Below, one piece after another: positions 27,041 through 40,527 of a DNA stretch of 64,000 nt. The notes beneath the pieces are model-generated. The model was given only the letters and a program-made list of their open reading frames with translations, did not search any database and had not been told where the DNA came from. The translations under genes and the position numbers were made by a program. Position 1 is the first letter of the stretch; each line of letters begins with the position of its first letter. Source of the DNA: Felis catus (Eukaryota); contig NC_058368.1 of NCBI RefSeq assembly GCF_018350175.1, positions 128,094,001 to 128,158,000 of the forward strand. Direction: 5' to 3'.

Positions 27041-27815
27041 CAGTTTGTGGTGGTCCCTTGTCTGCTTCCCAGGGACATACGATCACAAGTGGGAGGATTC
27101 AGGAATGAATGGCCCTCTGCCCACAGAGAAGATGCATTACTTCTTCTCAGAGGTAGAAGAGACTCCCACACTGCTGATCCCAGGTAAGGAGACAATCAAG
27201 CAAAACCTGGATTCCTGGCTGGTGTATTCCCTTGTCCTTTTGCCTTTTGCTTCTCTAGTTGTCTTTTTGATCACTGCATTTCGCCTCTGGTTCTCCCAGC
27301 CAGCCTGGGTAGCTGGCAGAAGCACTGATAAATGATCATGTTTTGGCTGAGTATATCAGACACATTATGGTATATTATGTTGAGCCAAGAAAATATCTTA
27401 TTCTGATAGAGTATTCCCTGAGTGGTACCAAGCATTACCACTGGCATGAGGCAGTGAACAGACACTTTACATGATTACCATCCATCTCCTCCAACCCACA
27501 TCACCATGGTATCACAGACCTCCCATTCCAGGACCTGAGCCTTCCAGACCAGCCAGCTAATTTACCCATGAAAAAGGCCAAAACATTTTGGCAACTAAAT
27601 GTGCAGCTGATTTTGCACATTATTTAATATAAGGTTTCATTGAAGATTAGCTTGGGGATATTACAAGAAAGAACTATGTCAATTTTTATCCTTACTTTAT
27701 TATACAAGAAACAAATAAAATCAAATCACCAAAAAATAAAATATGTGTGATGGAATCATATGTGACATTCAGGCAATCTCCCCAGGGCAGAAAAGCACAA
27801 AGAAATAGGTTTTTA

Positions 27816-27998
27816 GGGGCACCTAGGTGGCTCAGTAGGTTAAGCATCTGACTTCAGCTCAGGTGATGATCTCACTGTTCATGAGTTCGCACTCCACATC
27901 AGGCTCTGTGCTGTCAGCACAGAGCTTGCTTTGGATCCTCTGTCCCCCTTTCTCACTGCCCCTCCCCCACTCATTCTCTCTCTCAAAAATAAATAAAT
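27816..27998 (+). mobile_element. Can-SINE
   Basis: ggggcacctaggtggctcagtaggttaag head; tail caaaaataaataaat. Confidence 0.94.
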
Positions 27999-28125
27999 GG
28001 AAGGAAAGAAGGAAGGAAGGAAGGAAGGAAGGAAGGAAGGAAGGGAGGGAGGGAGGGAGGGAGGGAGGGAGGGAGGGAGGGAGGGAGGGAGGGAGGGAGG
28101 AAGGAAGGGAGGGAGGGCGGGCGGG
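27999..28125. repeat. (GGAA)n-(GGGA)n polypurine microsatellite at the SINE tail
   Basis: Directly visible uninterrupted purine tract of about 119 nt, followed by cgggcggg. Confidence 0.97.
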
Positions 28126-30289
28126 CCTTTTATTCTCCTCCTATTGGGTGTCCTGGGTCTGCTTTCAGTCATTCTAACAAACAAAAGACATCAACTGGGC
28201 ATGTACTATATGGGGATTACGCTAGTGAAGATAGAACTTCTGTCTTGAGGTGGCTTCCATTCTAAGTGTTAAAATAAAGACATATGTGGTCTTCCATTTA
28301 CAGACATCTGAGTTACAAAATATATGTAAGAAAAAATACTGTTTCATACTAAGATTTTGGAGAACATAGCCTAAACAGAATACTGTTATAGACATAAGGT
28401 ATTTTTTAAATGAGCTTCAAAAAGTAGGCGGTATAAAGAAATAGTAGCTGATTTTTCCCCTACAAAGATTCGGATAAAACAAATACAGAGATGCTACTTC
28501 CTATTTCTTTTCCATTCTGAGAAAGGGTAAGAAAAGAGAGAATTAATTGTTCCTTAAAAAGATTTCTTAAAATATTACCTCAAAACCTTTTGCAAGGACA
28601 ATCCTTTCAGCAAAACACATCTAATAATATATCTTCTGGCCTTTATAGAAAGCCAGATTACATTTCCCAAAGCTATGCTCATTATCTACACATTACACTA
28701 TAGAATCATTTGGTAAACAATCACCCTTATCTAATCCATCCACTTACATGCACACATACATACAAATACACACACCCTCTCCCCCATGTTTCCAGTCACA
28801 TCATTTGCTTACCTAACAAGAAATGTGCCTTCCTTATATTCACCCTCATGACTTTCGTAAATACCTTTTATTAATTTGAGGCCATGCAGGTGAATGGAAT
28901 GTTCCCATAGGGGCAAAAGTGGATGTGGTTTGTTGCTAGGGGACAAGGTCTCTTTATCAGTAGTTTCTATCTGTGACCTGGGAGCAGGGGTGCCAACAGA
29001 ATCAAAGAAGCAGGTGCAACTGTTTACATAAAAAGCAGGTAAAGCAGACTTGGCTTTTTGAAGCCACGCAGGAAAAGCACACTCATATTCCTTTCTTCCT
29101 CAGACAAACCAGTCCAACGCTGGCCAAAAGTCTAACCTGTGCAGAAGGAAACCTCACCCAGTTAGCCTTACTTGACAGTGTTAATCTGAGGAAAATAGAA
29201 AATTTTTTTATGTTGAACTGAATGGCAGGGTTTTTTGGAAATAACTAAGGGAGGGTACACAACCTTCTAAGAAGGAACACACAATCCTCATGCAGAAGAT
29301 CTGTCTTTTAATACATAAGGGCAAAAACAAACTGGTCACCAAGTACACAGTTGCTATTTACTGAGGGAAAAACCTATGGGGAATTGAGGTCAGCATAAGG
29401 GAATCGATGCAGTTGGGGTAGATAACAGGTAAGGGACCAAACTCAATGACCAAGGCACCAGAGAGCAAAGACAGGATTTAAGGGTTTATGCCTAATTAAG
29501 CTTAAATTTAAGTGCCTTCATCCACATTTAACACTGTATTTGGCTCTACACTAGTCACCTTATAGAGACAGTGCTGAGTCAGTAAGTCTTCTTCTAGAAG
29601 CTACTGGATAGTGGTTAAGTCTGTGCTTTTGTTATTCTCAGGACTGAACCCTACTTATGTGTTCCAAGTTAGCAAGCCACCACTGGCAAATGAATGGAGA
29701 GCTTCTAGAGACAGTTGTGACTTCATGACTGATGGTTTAGTGAGCACTGCTTAGTTGAATTACCAGATGAAGAAAAATTACATTGGGAAGCAAACTATAA
29801 AACCCATGTCAACTTGCTATATCATAATCAACATCACTACAACCAGTACTCGGCAATTTGAAAACATGATCTTGAAGGCTCACCAATATCCTACAAAGTG
29901 GGTAAGCCTCACAAGAACCATGTTGGCCTATATTGAAATGTATGCATTTCTGTGGGTAGCTAATGAGTGATGACAGTGATAATTCAGCAAAGCTGTCCAA
30001 AATGAAAGACAACATTCTCTGATAATCAGCTTATTCTCTCTACACTAATAAATCAATCTGTGCCAAAAACAAGCACACAACGATACTAAGTGAATGTCAT
30101 TAGTTATGTTTATGATTACACTTTCTGTGCCCCTTGTGGTTGGGTAGAGCCAGACACAATGAGTACTATTCAATGAATTTCTGATTTGAAGCGCCTTGTG
30201 TGATTTCTGAACAAGAACAATTAGGGCAAGACCCTTTATAGGGCAATTTCCCCTCAAGCATGGTGGTTGGCAACCTTTGAGATGCTGGC

Positions 30290-30440
30290 TGCTCCATTAG
30301 CCTAGGACCCTGAGTGACAATGGTGAGCAGAGCACCCAGCTGACCTACAGTGGAAACATGGCATGAACAAGAAATAAATCTTTGTTGTTTAATCCACGGT
30401 CACTACTACAGCAGCACATCTTAGCCCGTCCCAACTGATG
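30290..30440 (+). mobile_element. MaLR LTR 3' fragment (MLT1J/K/L-like)
   Basis: agcctaggaccctgagtgacaatggtgagcagagc...gcatgaacaagaaataaatctttgttgtttaatccac. Confidence 0.7.
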
Positions 30441-31572
30441 AAGTGAATAAAGGTCCAAGATCCCCAAGATTCTACCAAGTAACAGCGAGTTAGGTCAATG
30501 TCACAACCCAAATGCTGGTTACTGATTTCGCTCACCTCTATCCCAGGCTGTCTTCTGACCCCTTTGCCCCCATTTACTACCCTTACTCTGCTATGTTGAT
30601 TAATCCCCACATGAATTCAAAATTCAGCTCTCTACAGAAGACTGTAATCAGTGCTATGAATAGAGGACAGGAAGGCAATTTATGCCCCCACAGAAATACA
30701 ATATATGTCCTAGATAAGATCACATTTAGTACTGTTCAAGAGATGAGATGAGAAATAGACCAAAATGTCATCATGAGCCCTGCCCTTCCCCATATTTGGT
30801 CTGCTCCTGTGGACTAGTGTTGATAAAAGTCTCTCGACCACAGAAACCCTTTTTTCTGTCTTTTGATTCAGGTCTTGAAGAGAGAACTAGAGGATCTTAT
30901 GAGTCACTGTTTGGGAACATGAACATTTCTAGCTGTACTTTCTTATTTCATGTTTTTCTGTCAAGAGGAACATTTTCTGCTACATGGTAACAATGAAGAT
31001 GATGATCAGTGAGGGTTAAATCTCAATGGATTATTTACCACATTAGTTAAAATTTCATCAGCTTCACAGAACATCTCCTGCCCAACATGTCTTAGGGTAC
31101 AGATAAGAAATATAACTTTCCTTCTGTTTGATGTTTAAAAGATTGATTCTTTTGCCCTTGGTCCCTGATGAGCCATTCATAAACAAATACATGGATCATC
31201 ACAGAGTTTCAGGCTGGTGGAAGAAGATCCTTTTAAAAAATCTAGCTATGGGCTCTATGGCTGGTTGCTTAGCATCTCGAACACATTTTCCCCTTCATCT
31301 ATCAGAACAGTGTTTATCAGCCATGTGAATTGGCTCAAAGCAAACTTGAAGCCCCTTATGTTTATTTCATGCTCAGTAAAAACATCATCAGCCTTCCCAC
31401 TCTTGTTAGAATTATGGTGATAAAACTTTGGGTGTACATGACTTACACCACTACATCCACTGTAAAGTTATATTAGAGTCTGGCTTTTAAGTGTTATATA
31501 TTTGCTTTTTGTTTTTTTGTTTGTTGGTTTTAAGGCAATGCTGTGATCACTGCTCAAATCATGTAGCTAATT

Positions 31573-31799
31573 GGGGGCGCCTGGGTGGCGTAGTCGGTTA
31601 AGCATCCGACTTCAGCCAGGTCACGATCTTGCGGTCTGTGAGTTCGAGCCCCGTGTCGGGCTCTGAGCTGATGGCTCAGAGCCTGGAGCCTGTTTCCGAT
31701 TCTGTGTCTCCCTCTCTCTCTGCCCTTCCCCCATTCATGCTCTCTCTCTCTCTGTCCCAAAAATAAATAAACGTTGAAAAAAATAAAAATTAAAAAAAA
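31573..31799 (+). mobile_element. Young felid Can-SINE (SINEC_Fc-type)
   Basis: CpG-rich near-consensus body and A tail. Perfect 17-bp TSD aaatcatgtagctaatt (31556-31572 / 31800-31816). Confidence 0.98.
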
Positions 31800-31974
31800 A
31801 AATCATGTAGCTAATTTCCCCATTCCCTTATTTTCCCATTTCTTCACCACCTTCTAACCCTGTTCTCCCCTTTCCTGCCAAATAATAAAATTATAATCCC
31901 ATCAAAAATAAAACAGATTGCAAGTCAAGCCACTTTGGTCGGGGGGGGGGGGGGCAGGGACAGTGTGCAGATTA

Positions 31975-32515
31975 CAATTCATCCCACGAGTACTTCTGAG
32001 CAATGACATCATGCCAGGTACTGTCCTGGAATCTGAAAACAGAGCACTGAGGTATAATAAAGTCCTACCCTCCTAAGGCTTACATTTTAATGGAGAAGCA
32101 AATAATAAGTAAGATTAGTTCACATAAGTGCTACCAAGAAAATTCAACAGAGCGATGGCACAGTGGGATAATAGAGATGGAGTCACCAAAGGAAACGTCT
32201 CTGAGAAGGAGAGGTCAAATGTGAGTCAAAGCCCAAAACGAAAAGAAGCCAAAGAAATGAGCAAAGAGTCATCTCCAAAGAGGGACTGGCGGGTTCAACA
32301 AGAAGCCAAAAGTGAGAAAGAGCTTTGCCTATCTAAAGGAGAGAAATAAGATCTGGGGAGCAGGGGATGAGATGGAAGAATCAGGCAGAGGCTAGCCCAA
32401 GATGAACTGTGTAGTTCAAGGAAAGACAGTGGACTTTATTCCCAATCTAAAGAGAAGCTGGAAGATGTAACTGGAAGATGTTATATAGAAATGTGACATT
32501 AAGTCAGAGATTTGC
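31975..32515 (-). mobile_element. L2 fragment
   Basis: attcatccc...atgccaggtactgtcctgga...agtcctaccctcctaaggcttacattttaatggaga...ggactttattcc. Confidence 0.8.
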
Positions 32516-33423
32516 AAAGTAACAGCCTCGTCCGGACAAAATTTGCCAAACCTTTCAACTTTCAAAACTGAATGCTCTTTCTACCAGTTCTACAGGGAAA
32601 ACACAGAGATCTCTGCCAAATCTGGATCAGGCAATTCTTGATTTCTCATTTACCGTTAGGGCTCCCAGGCTCACGCTTGCCAGTGTCCAACAGGCCCAGA
32701 GGAATATGCACCTCCCCTGTGAGAAAGGACACACAAACTGGGGTGTCCCATTGAGCTAGCTCCTGATTTCTTACTCTGCCAGCATGACACAGTACCCAAG
32801 CCAGGATCTATCAGAAGATACATGTCAGCTGCTGTGTGCAAGATGGGCAGGAGAGTAAAAGTGAAGCTGGGAACACTCTGTGCTTTATCATCACTGGTCT
32901 AGCATTACATGGGCCTGTACACAAGTTCCTTAGGGAGGCAGTGGAAAAATATTCAGCTGTATTGTATAATATTAAATTATTTGTACTAACATATGTTCAA
33001 AATATAAAACATTAAATCATGTGAAATACTGAATTTTTAACATGTTTTCATTCAGATTTTAGTAGTCTTTCATAAAACCCTAGAAGGTTTTCTGCCATGG
33101 TATCAGTCAAATGTCTTTATTTCCCTCAGGCAAAAAGATAAAATTTATGAACCATGTACATGCCAGTTCTGCGAGATTCCAGCTTGATTAAAATTTGCCT
33201 AAATGTGCTTTCAACTTGGCAGAGTGCCACTGGGTGCTCAGACATTAAGACAGGTGGCATTTCTGTCAAAAACATACATTTCTTCTTAGAAACGTATATT
33301 AAAATGGTTTGCTTTATAAAACCCCCACTCCTGAAGCCAATACACACAGAATGGCCCCATTCTCAAGAAAACTAAATATTTCCTTCTGGTCCTTCTCTCT
33401 TCAGTGTCAAACCTACATCCCTT

Positions 33424-33638
33424 TATTTTTTTTAATGTGTATTTATTTATTTTTGATATAGAGAGAGAAGAGCAAGAGCACATGTGCATGGGAGCAGAGG
33501 GGAGACAGAGAAAAAGGGAGAAAGAGAATCCCAGGCAGGCTTCATGCTGTCAGCGTAGAACCTGACACAGGGTTCAAAATCAGGAACCATGAGATCATGA
33601 CCTGAGCTGAAATCAAAAGTCAGATGAGTCACCCAGGC
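33424..33638 (-). mobile_element. Can-SINE (head partly deleted)
   Basis: T tail, gagaatcccaggcaggct, gagatcatgacctgagctgaaatcaa. TSD cctacatccctttat / cctaaattcctttat. Confidence 0.92.
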
Positions 33639-33911
33639 CTAAATTCCTTTATAAACTGTGGAGGACGCCACTGAAAAGTATTGAGAGATTTGCTTCAAAT
33701 AATTCGGAAGCAATTGGGCTAGTAGTAATTTCTTTAAATGACCAACAACAATCTTTATTCTGCCAAGTTCAAGTAATGTAACCAGCCTAAGGTAGAGGGA
33801 TGAATACATGATACCATTACTTTAAAACTCGGTAAAAGCAGAGAAGCTTCCCATTCAACTATAAAGTAATACAGGACAAACTTCTAAGGGCATCCATATA
33901 TCTCTTAGAGG

Positions 33912-34290
33912 CAGAGGTCACAAACTGACACCCAATACCTAATGGGACCAACCCATTTTCACAATTTAGGCCAGCAGCAACAAGGGGACAAAGTCTCACA
34001 ATGTTAGCATAACATTTTTAAACATTTGAAAGGGCTGTGAATATTTAAAATTCACTGTATTTCGTGTCTTGATTTCAAGTTCCTCCTGCAAAGTTGAAAA
34101 GATCTGAAGCCCCTCCAACTACATGTTTGCTTTTTTGCAATCCCCTCAGAGTGAGTAGTGGCCACCCCCTATGTATAGATGCAGAAATCCTGGATTTGCC
34201 AAGTCTTCACCATGCCCCACTGTTTTGTAATCCCTCCGTGTATTATTCGCTTACAACACCTGCGTGACGAATGAAAGCCGTGTTTGGTAA
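33912..34290 (+). mobile_element. MER102-like hAT-Charlie element
   Basis: cagaggtcacaaactg start; gaaaagatctgaagccc and gagtgagtagtggccacccc motifs; similar to 53440-53795. Confidence 0.55.
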
Positions 34291-34465
34291 GAAGAAGATC
34301 ATACAGATACCCAGAGACAGGTGAATGTATGGTCTTCAATTAACCCCCAAATTACTGAGATTCCCTCAAGAGTGAGGTTTTAGAGCAAGCACTCTTTTGT
34401 ACCAAACATACTGTGGTTCCAAGTCTTCCCTGCAATTAGAACTTTGAACTCCTCAGGATTAACCA

Positions 34466-34517
34466 AACTGAGTAATCAATTTATGTAATTGAACTGAGTA
34501 ATCAATTTATGTAACTG
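34466..34517. repeat. 26-bp tandem duplication (2 copies, 1 mismatch)
   Basis: aactgagtaatcaatttatgtaattg followed by aactgagtaatcaatttatgtaactg. Confidence 0.95.
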
Positions 34518-37500
34518 TGACCACCTAAGAATCTGTGCCTGGTCTTTACTGAAATGCGCCACCTCAGGAACAATCCAGGCCACATGTTAGCCCATATGGC
34601 ACCTCTGTGGGAAAGAGAAAAAAGTGGCCCTTCCTATGGGTTGACGCAGACCCACATCACAGGGCATGGCTTGGGGAGCAGAGTATGGCTGACTTTCCAC
34701 TGTCACTCACCCCCTGCAGCCCAGTCCACTTATATAGAGAATAATCTGCACAAATAGCTACAGCCTAGAAGCCAACTTTAAACCAAACACGAAGGAAATC
34801 AAGAGGCCTGTGAAATTCGAACAGGGACCTGATAAGTCAAGAGATTAAAAGGCCATGAAGATGTGGGTGTTTTTATTGCTGCACTGGGTTTTTACTCCCT
34901 CAGACAAAAACAGATTCTAGAACCTCTGATGAAAGAAAATAAATTAGCGCCACACCAGACCAAGAGAGGTGAAAATTAAATCCAAGCCCAAGCAATCTAC
35001 CTAATCTGGGAGATCATTCTGTCCTAATAAAGAGTTCTCGCCCATGGGTAGATACACAGTCTCTTTTGAAAAACAAATTCCTTACGTGTTGGGGGATAAA
35101 AGTAATTAACAAGAAAAAATTTTGTGTCAGTAAGAATTCCATACCAAATGGAAACTTTGAAAATACATTTTTTTTTCATCTTAAATAGCCCAGTCTAGGT
35201 CATCTTTCTTACTCCTTAATGGAATATGAATTTCATATTGTTTCCAAGTTGTTTCAGACCTACAATTTCTCCTGTCATTGTTCATATCAGTGTTTCTCCT
35301 CCCTGCTGAGACCTGGTTACTCTGGGCTTCCTGTGGGAGGCCTGGTGTCCTCACACAGTATGTTTGTCATTACTGCTTGAATCTAAAGGAAAAGCACTTA
35401 ATGAAATTGTGTTATTCCTAGCCACATGCAAGCACACGTCAAATGCCTCTTTGACTCTTCTGGAGGAATCACTAGGGTAAGTCTTCAGCCTCAACATGAC
35501 CTCATGCTTGCACTTGGACTAAAATAGCTGCCCTGCCCTGCCATGCCCTAGAAGGAGGGGGAAACAAGTCTTGCCTTCTGCAGAGAAAGCACTTTTGAAT
35601 TATGTATGTCATTTCTGAGAGTTCTTTTTCTGAACCCATAGAAGGTAGGAATGAAAGAACATTATAGAGGAAGAAATTTATTTTGCTTCTTTGAAATATC
35701 CTTGATCCTCTACCATTCCCTGGTTTTATCTCAGAATAAAGTACTGTATTTGCAAATATGTCAAAGAATCGTTCTCCATCATGCTCACACAACCTTCCCT
35801 TTTCATAACCTAGTAACAACAAGGAGGTTTTCTTTATCTAAAATAAAAAGTGTTATACCCATCTCCTGCAGACCGAGAGCCAATGTTTTGCAGTTTACAG
35901 GTGACAAAGATGTGGCTTCACATTCCTCAGTGACAATGTTGGAAAGGCATTGCAATTGGCCAAGGTTTCACTGTAGCCCCAAGGATGCTGCAAATGTATG
36001 CGTGGATAATACCTTCTGTAGCCAGCTGTAGTCTCAGGGTGCACACAATGGAGTTTCATATGGAGACCTAGGCTGAGGCGGTGGAGGGGGAAAAACATAG
36101 AGGCCCCTTTCTCCTTCTCCCCATATGTCCCATTAACGCATAAAATAGGAATTACCACCAATACTTGTTGGTATTTGGGAGGAAGTATCTCTATCATTCA
36201 TTCATCTTCCATCATGGGTAGAGAATTATGTGATTACTGAGTCTCCTCTATCCCTTCTGCCTCCATTCCATTCTCTCATGCTCCCTATCTCTATATTTTG
36301 ACTGCTTGATCCCACTCTCTTCCTCATCCTCTCCTTTTCTTCCTCTCTCCTTCCTCTTGCCATGCCTTCATCTTTCTCCTTCTGGCTATACTCTTCCTTT
36401 CCTTTGCACTTGCCTTTCTTCCCTGAACTACCAACTGGAAATCACAGATATTCTTCTATCCGCCTAGTTTAAAGCCAAAGGGGCAGGCCCAGTGGCTTTG
36501 TTTTTAACTGCAGAACTCAGTTCACTACCTAGGGGAAATGGTGGGAAGTCCAGTGGGCCCAGAACCATAGTGAAGATATGCCAGTATTAAAGAAGAGATA
36601 ATGACCCTCATTTGACTTCTGTCTTTATTTCTCCATTGTTCAAGAACCCCCAAGAGGATGGAGGGTGAATGAGCCCTTGGATTCCTAGTAACTCTCTCCT
36701 AGGAGAACAGAGGACACAGATGAAGAAGTGAGTCATCTGACCCAAACATCAAGCAGGTGGGAGGTAGGATTTGCATTAGGAGCCACCACAGGTATCTGGG
36801 CCCAGTGTTAAGCGATGCGTACCAAACACAAGGCATGCTATAGGGATTCGTACCCTCATCATTAAGAAAAAAAATCCTACCTTTACCAAGACCGAGATTT
36901 GTCTGCTAATAATCATTAGATTCTGAGAGATGAAATTTAGGAAAAGAAAACAAGAAAAATTAGGCCAGATATGAACACAGGCTATTCTGTCAGTGATACT
37001 CAGTTATGGGTTTTCACCAGGACTCCAAGGGGAGGAATTGGAAAGTAATATCCAAAACCTGCCATGTAGCTATTTTTTGTAATCAGGCCTTATGTTTCTC
37101 ACCAGTAGAGAGAGAACCGAGCTAAGTAATGCCTGTGAATCATTCAGCCCAGAGTGGACAAGCCAGGTAAGCAGCATTGCTGATAGAAGAGAGCCTTCAC
37201 AAGGTTTATTCCTGACAGGAGGACTCTGGGAAGAACCACCACACATCCCAGTTAGCCCAAAACAGCAGTGCTATGACCTCCTGCCTGGCATAATTAGTAA
37301 CACCCCTTTTTATTCGCAAAGGTCCCAATTTGTATGACCAATTATAAGATCCCTTTAGCTATGTGCTATTTAATGGATTACTTATAATCCATTAGAGGTG
37401 TCATAATTATATGCCAGACTACATTCAACATAATCTCTGGAACTTAAAAAAAAAACATTAGAAATAAAAATTATTTAGAAATTCATGAAGCTTCACAGAT

Positions 37501-37839
37501 AAGCAATATACAGGGCAAGATGGAACACAAATCAACCCAGAAGAGAAGGAAGAAATGGGAGGGAAAAAAATGCAACCTTGACCTTAGTTTTCTACCATCC
37601 TCATTAATAATGACTCAGCCATGCTTTTTAGAAAGCAATCTTAGAGATTAATATAATTATTTAAGAACATTTTTTAACCTTTGATTCATGAGGCAAATGG
37701 CCTTTCTAATTTAACCAAGATAACTTGGTAGTGAATAGATATTAACGGCACAAAGATCACAAATCTAGTTTTCCGAAAAAGAGAGGAGAAAAGAAGCTTT
37801 TCAGTGAATCCATAAGGAAGAATCAATTGTCTCCGTCTC

Positions 37840-38029
37840 TTTTTTTTTTTAAGAGAGTGCTTGTGGGGGAGGGGCAGAGAAAGAGGGAAACCAAGAATCC
37901 CAATCTGAAACAGGCTCCATGCAGTGAGGGCAGAGCCCAATGCAGGGCTGTAACTCACAAACCATGAGATCAAGACCTGGGTGGAAGTCAAAGTCAGATC
38001 CTTAACCAACTAAGCCAGTCAGGTGCCCC
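37840..38029 (-). mobile_element. Can-SINE
   Basis: Ends cttaaccaactaagccagtcaggtgcccc. TSD tgtctccgtctcttt / tgtctccatccttt. Confidence 0.93.
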
Positions 38030-38604
38030 TGTCTCCATCCTTTAAAAGCCATGTAGGGAACTTATCCATTTACATTATCATCTATATACCTGTTACATTT
38101 CTCTTGCTAGGAGACACAGACCAGGAAAAGCCACATTCAAAGCTGTACCAAAAGCTCTGTTTACATTGCATATGCTATACTCAGTAAGCTAATGCAGGCT
38201 TTAGGTTCCTATTGTACAGAGTTCTAGTGCCTGGTTAACAGGTAAAAATTAAACAAGGTCAGGAAATGAGCTGTCAAAGTCTCCTCCGTATCTACATGAA
38301 ATTAAACCACCACCTCCTCACTGGGTTGGACTATGAGAATGGCCTTTTTGACCTAAGAAACAGAACCAGATATAGCCATGCAGCTGATACAACATTGTAT
38401 CTTCAATCCCACCGCAGCCACACAGACTCTGTCATACGAAGTTGCTCTACATCCCTTCTCTCCTGTCACAACCATCTTGCCCCTAATTTCCCAAGTCCTC
38501 CACATTTAATAATTCAATCTTTTGTCCTGGCTCTCCTTGTCAGCAATTTCACTACCGCCTGGTCGTGATTTTAGACTCCTACCCAGGCCTTTTTTGTTGT
38601 TGTT

Positions 38605-38709
38605 GTTCTTCATACTCTATTAAAATACAACATATGCAGGAAAAAGGGCAGTGGGTTTTCACAAAGTAAACACACTCATTTAACAAAATTTTAAAAATCA
38701 GAACACTTC
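38605..38709 (-). mobile_element. Ancient L1M 3'-end fragment
   Basis: tattaaaatacaacatatgcaggaaaaag...ttttcacaaagtaaacacactcatttaac...cagaaca resembles a reverse-strand L1M 3' terminus. Confidence 0.55.
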
Positions 38710-40242
38710 ACCCTAAGCTCACCTCGTCCCAGGCGTACAACTAAAAAACACCCACATGAGTGTAAATCACCCTGAAAACAACCCAAACACTGGCAAAACA
38801 GACTCTCCACAGCTAAATGCAGAGAAGAGGCCACATGGTAGAGGGTAGGAAGGGTGAAGAGAGGGTAGGGAGCTAAATGGAACTGCAGGACTGTCCACCA
38901 GAGAGAGGGATGCCCCCAGATCAGACAGGAGAGGAAAACAGGCTCTCATACTGGGGACTCCACACTGAGAACACAAATTCCCATAATATTTAGCTTTGAA
39001 AACCAGAGGGGCCAAAATTTCCAAGTTCTTATAATCAGGGGGCTTAATGCCTGGGAGAGACAAAGGGTAAGAGAAAACAGCGTCCCCCCCCCCCTTAAAA
39101 GGACAGCACAACAAACATCTCATAGCAATACAGAATAGAAGCAGCAGTTTGAAAAACACCTGGGATATACTGGGGGTTGGGGGGGGGGGATAATTGTTTA
39201 CTGTCTCAGAGCATGAACTGGAGGCACAGAGATCTTTGGGAGACTTCTCCAGGAACAAAAGAGCTGTCAGGCACTATTTCCCTCCCCTGTACCCCAGCTT
39301 ACACACACACACACCAGCGGGAATGAGCGCAATATAAACATTCACCAAGTTAGGTAGTAACAGTGTACCCTGCCCTGACATTCTCCTGGAGACATGCCCC
39401 CTCCAGGCAGGCCTCCTCCCTTCCACGTCCCCTCTCACAGCAGATCTGGCAAACCTTGCTAATTTTCTATGCCCCACCCATGTATTCTCCTGAAAACACA
39501 ACCCTTCCAACATGCCTTTGGCCAGAACCCATCCAAAGCAGTGTCACAAGCCTGACAATGTGCCAGCAGCACCCACTAGGGAGCAGCACCACTCTAAAGT
39601 GACTCCTGCCCAGGAGAGAGGAAAATAACCACACATACCAATCCAAATGCAGGTGAGGACAGACTTTAGGTCTGACTGCGGGCACACCCACCAACAAAAA
39701 CATCTCAAAGGCAAACACAAGAAAAGTACCCTGCAGTTCCATGCTGGCATATCTCTGGCAAATGGCTGGTCTGACAATTCAAGCTCAGCGTGGCCCATTA
39801 ACACAGGGACCAAACCCTGCCCACAACAGGCAAAGAGAGCCATTGCAGATGACTGGACTGAAGGCAAAAGCAACTCAGCCATAACAGCAGGGCTTATGAA
39901 CACACCCAGGAGACACCTGTGAAGGGCCGGGATCTAGTGAACAGGGGACACTGCACTGCTGGCAACTATAGGATCTCTTCTTCGTAAGGCTACTCCTTTC
40001 AATAGAAGGAGACCTATCTGACTTCCCTGATACAGAGAAATAACCACAGAGAGTTAGACAAAACGAGGAGACCAAGTATGGTTCAAATGAAAGAACAGGA
40101 CAAAATCAGAGCAAGAGAGCTAAATGAAACAGAGGTAAGTAATATGCATGACAGACAACTTAATGGTCATACAGATACTCACTGGACTTAAGAGTGACGG
40201 ACCTCAATGAGACTAAACGAAGAGATAAAAAAAATAAAAATA

Positions 40243-40480
40243 GGGGTGCCTGGGTGGCGCAGTCGGTTAAGCGTCCGACTTCAGCCAGGTCACAATCTCG
40301 CGGTCCGTGAGTTCGAGCCCCGCGTCGGGCTCTGGGCTGATGGCTCGGAGCCTGGAGCCTGTTTCCGATTCTGTGTCTCCCTCTCTCTCTGCCCCTCCCC
40401 CGTTCATGCTCTGTCTCTCTCTGTCCCAAAAATAAATAAAAAACGTTGAAAAAAAAATAAAATAAAAATAAAAATAAAAA
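40243..40480 (+). mobile_element. Young felid Can-SINE (SINEC_Fc-type) in host L1 ORF1
   Basis: Near-identical to 31573-31799 and 63639-63868, CpGs retained. A-rich flanks (aaaataaaaa) are consistent with a TSD. Confidence 0.97.
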
Positions 40481-40527
40481 GGACCAATCTGAGATGAAGA
40501 ACTCCTGAAGTTAAAAATACACTAAAC

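Noticed and set aside
27863..28248. RGG/REGG-rich and PPSL-rich ORFs
   Set aside because: Artefacts of the GGAA/GGGA repeat.
31573..31660. tRNA-like sequence with A and B boxes (also at other SINE heads)
   Set aside because: These are tRNA-derived Can-SINE heads followed by a CT tract, A-tail and TSD, not tRNA genes.
32458..32483. 13-bp tandem repeat ctggaagatgtaa/ctggaagatgtta
   Set aside because: Trivial slippage inside an L2 remnant.
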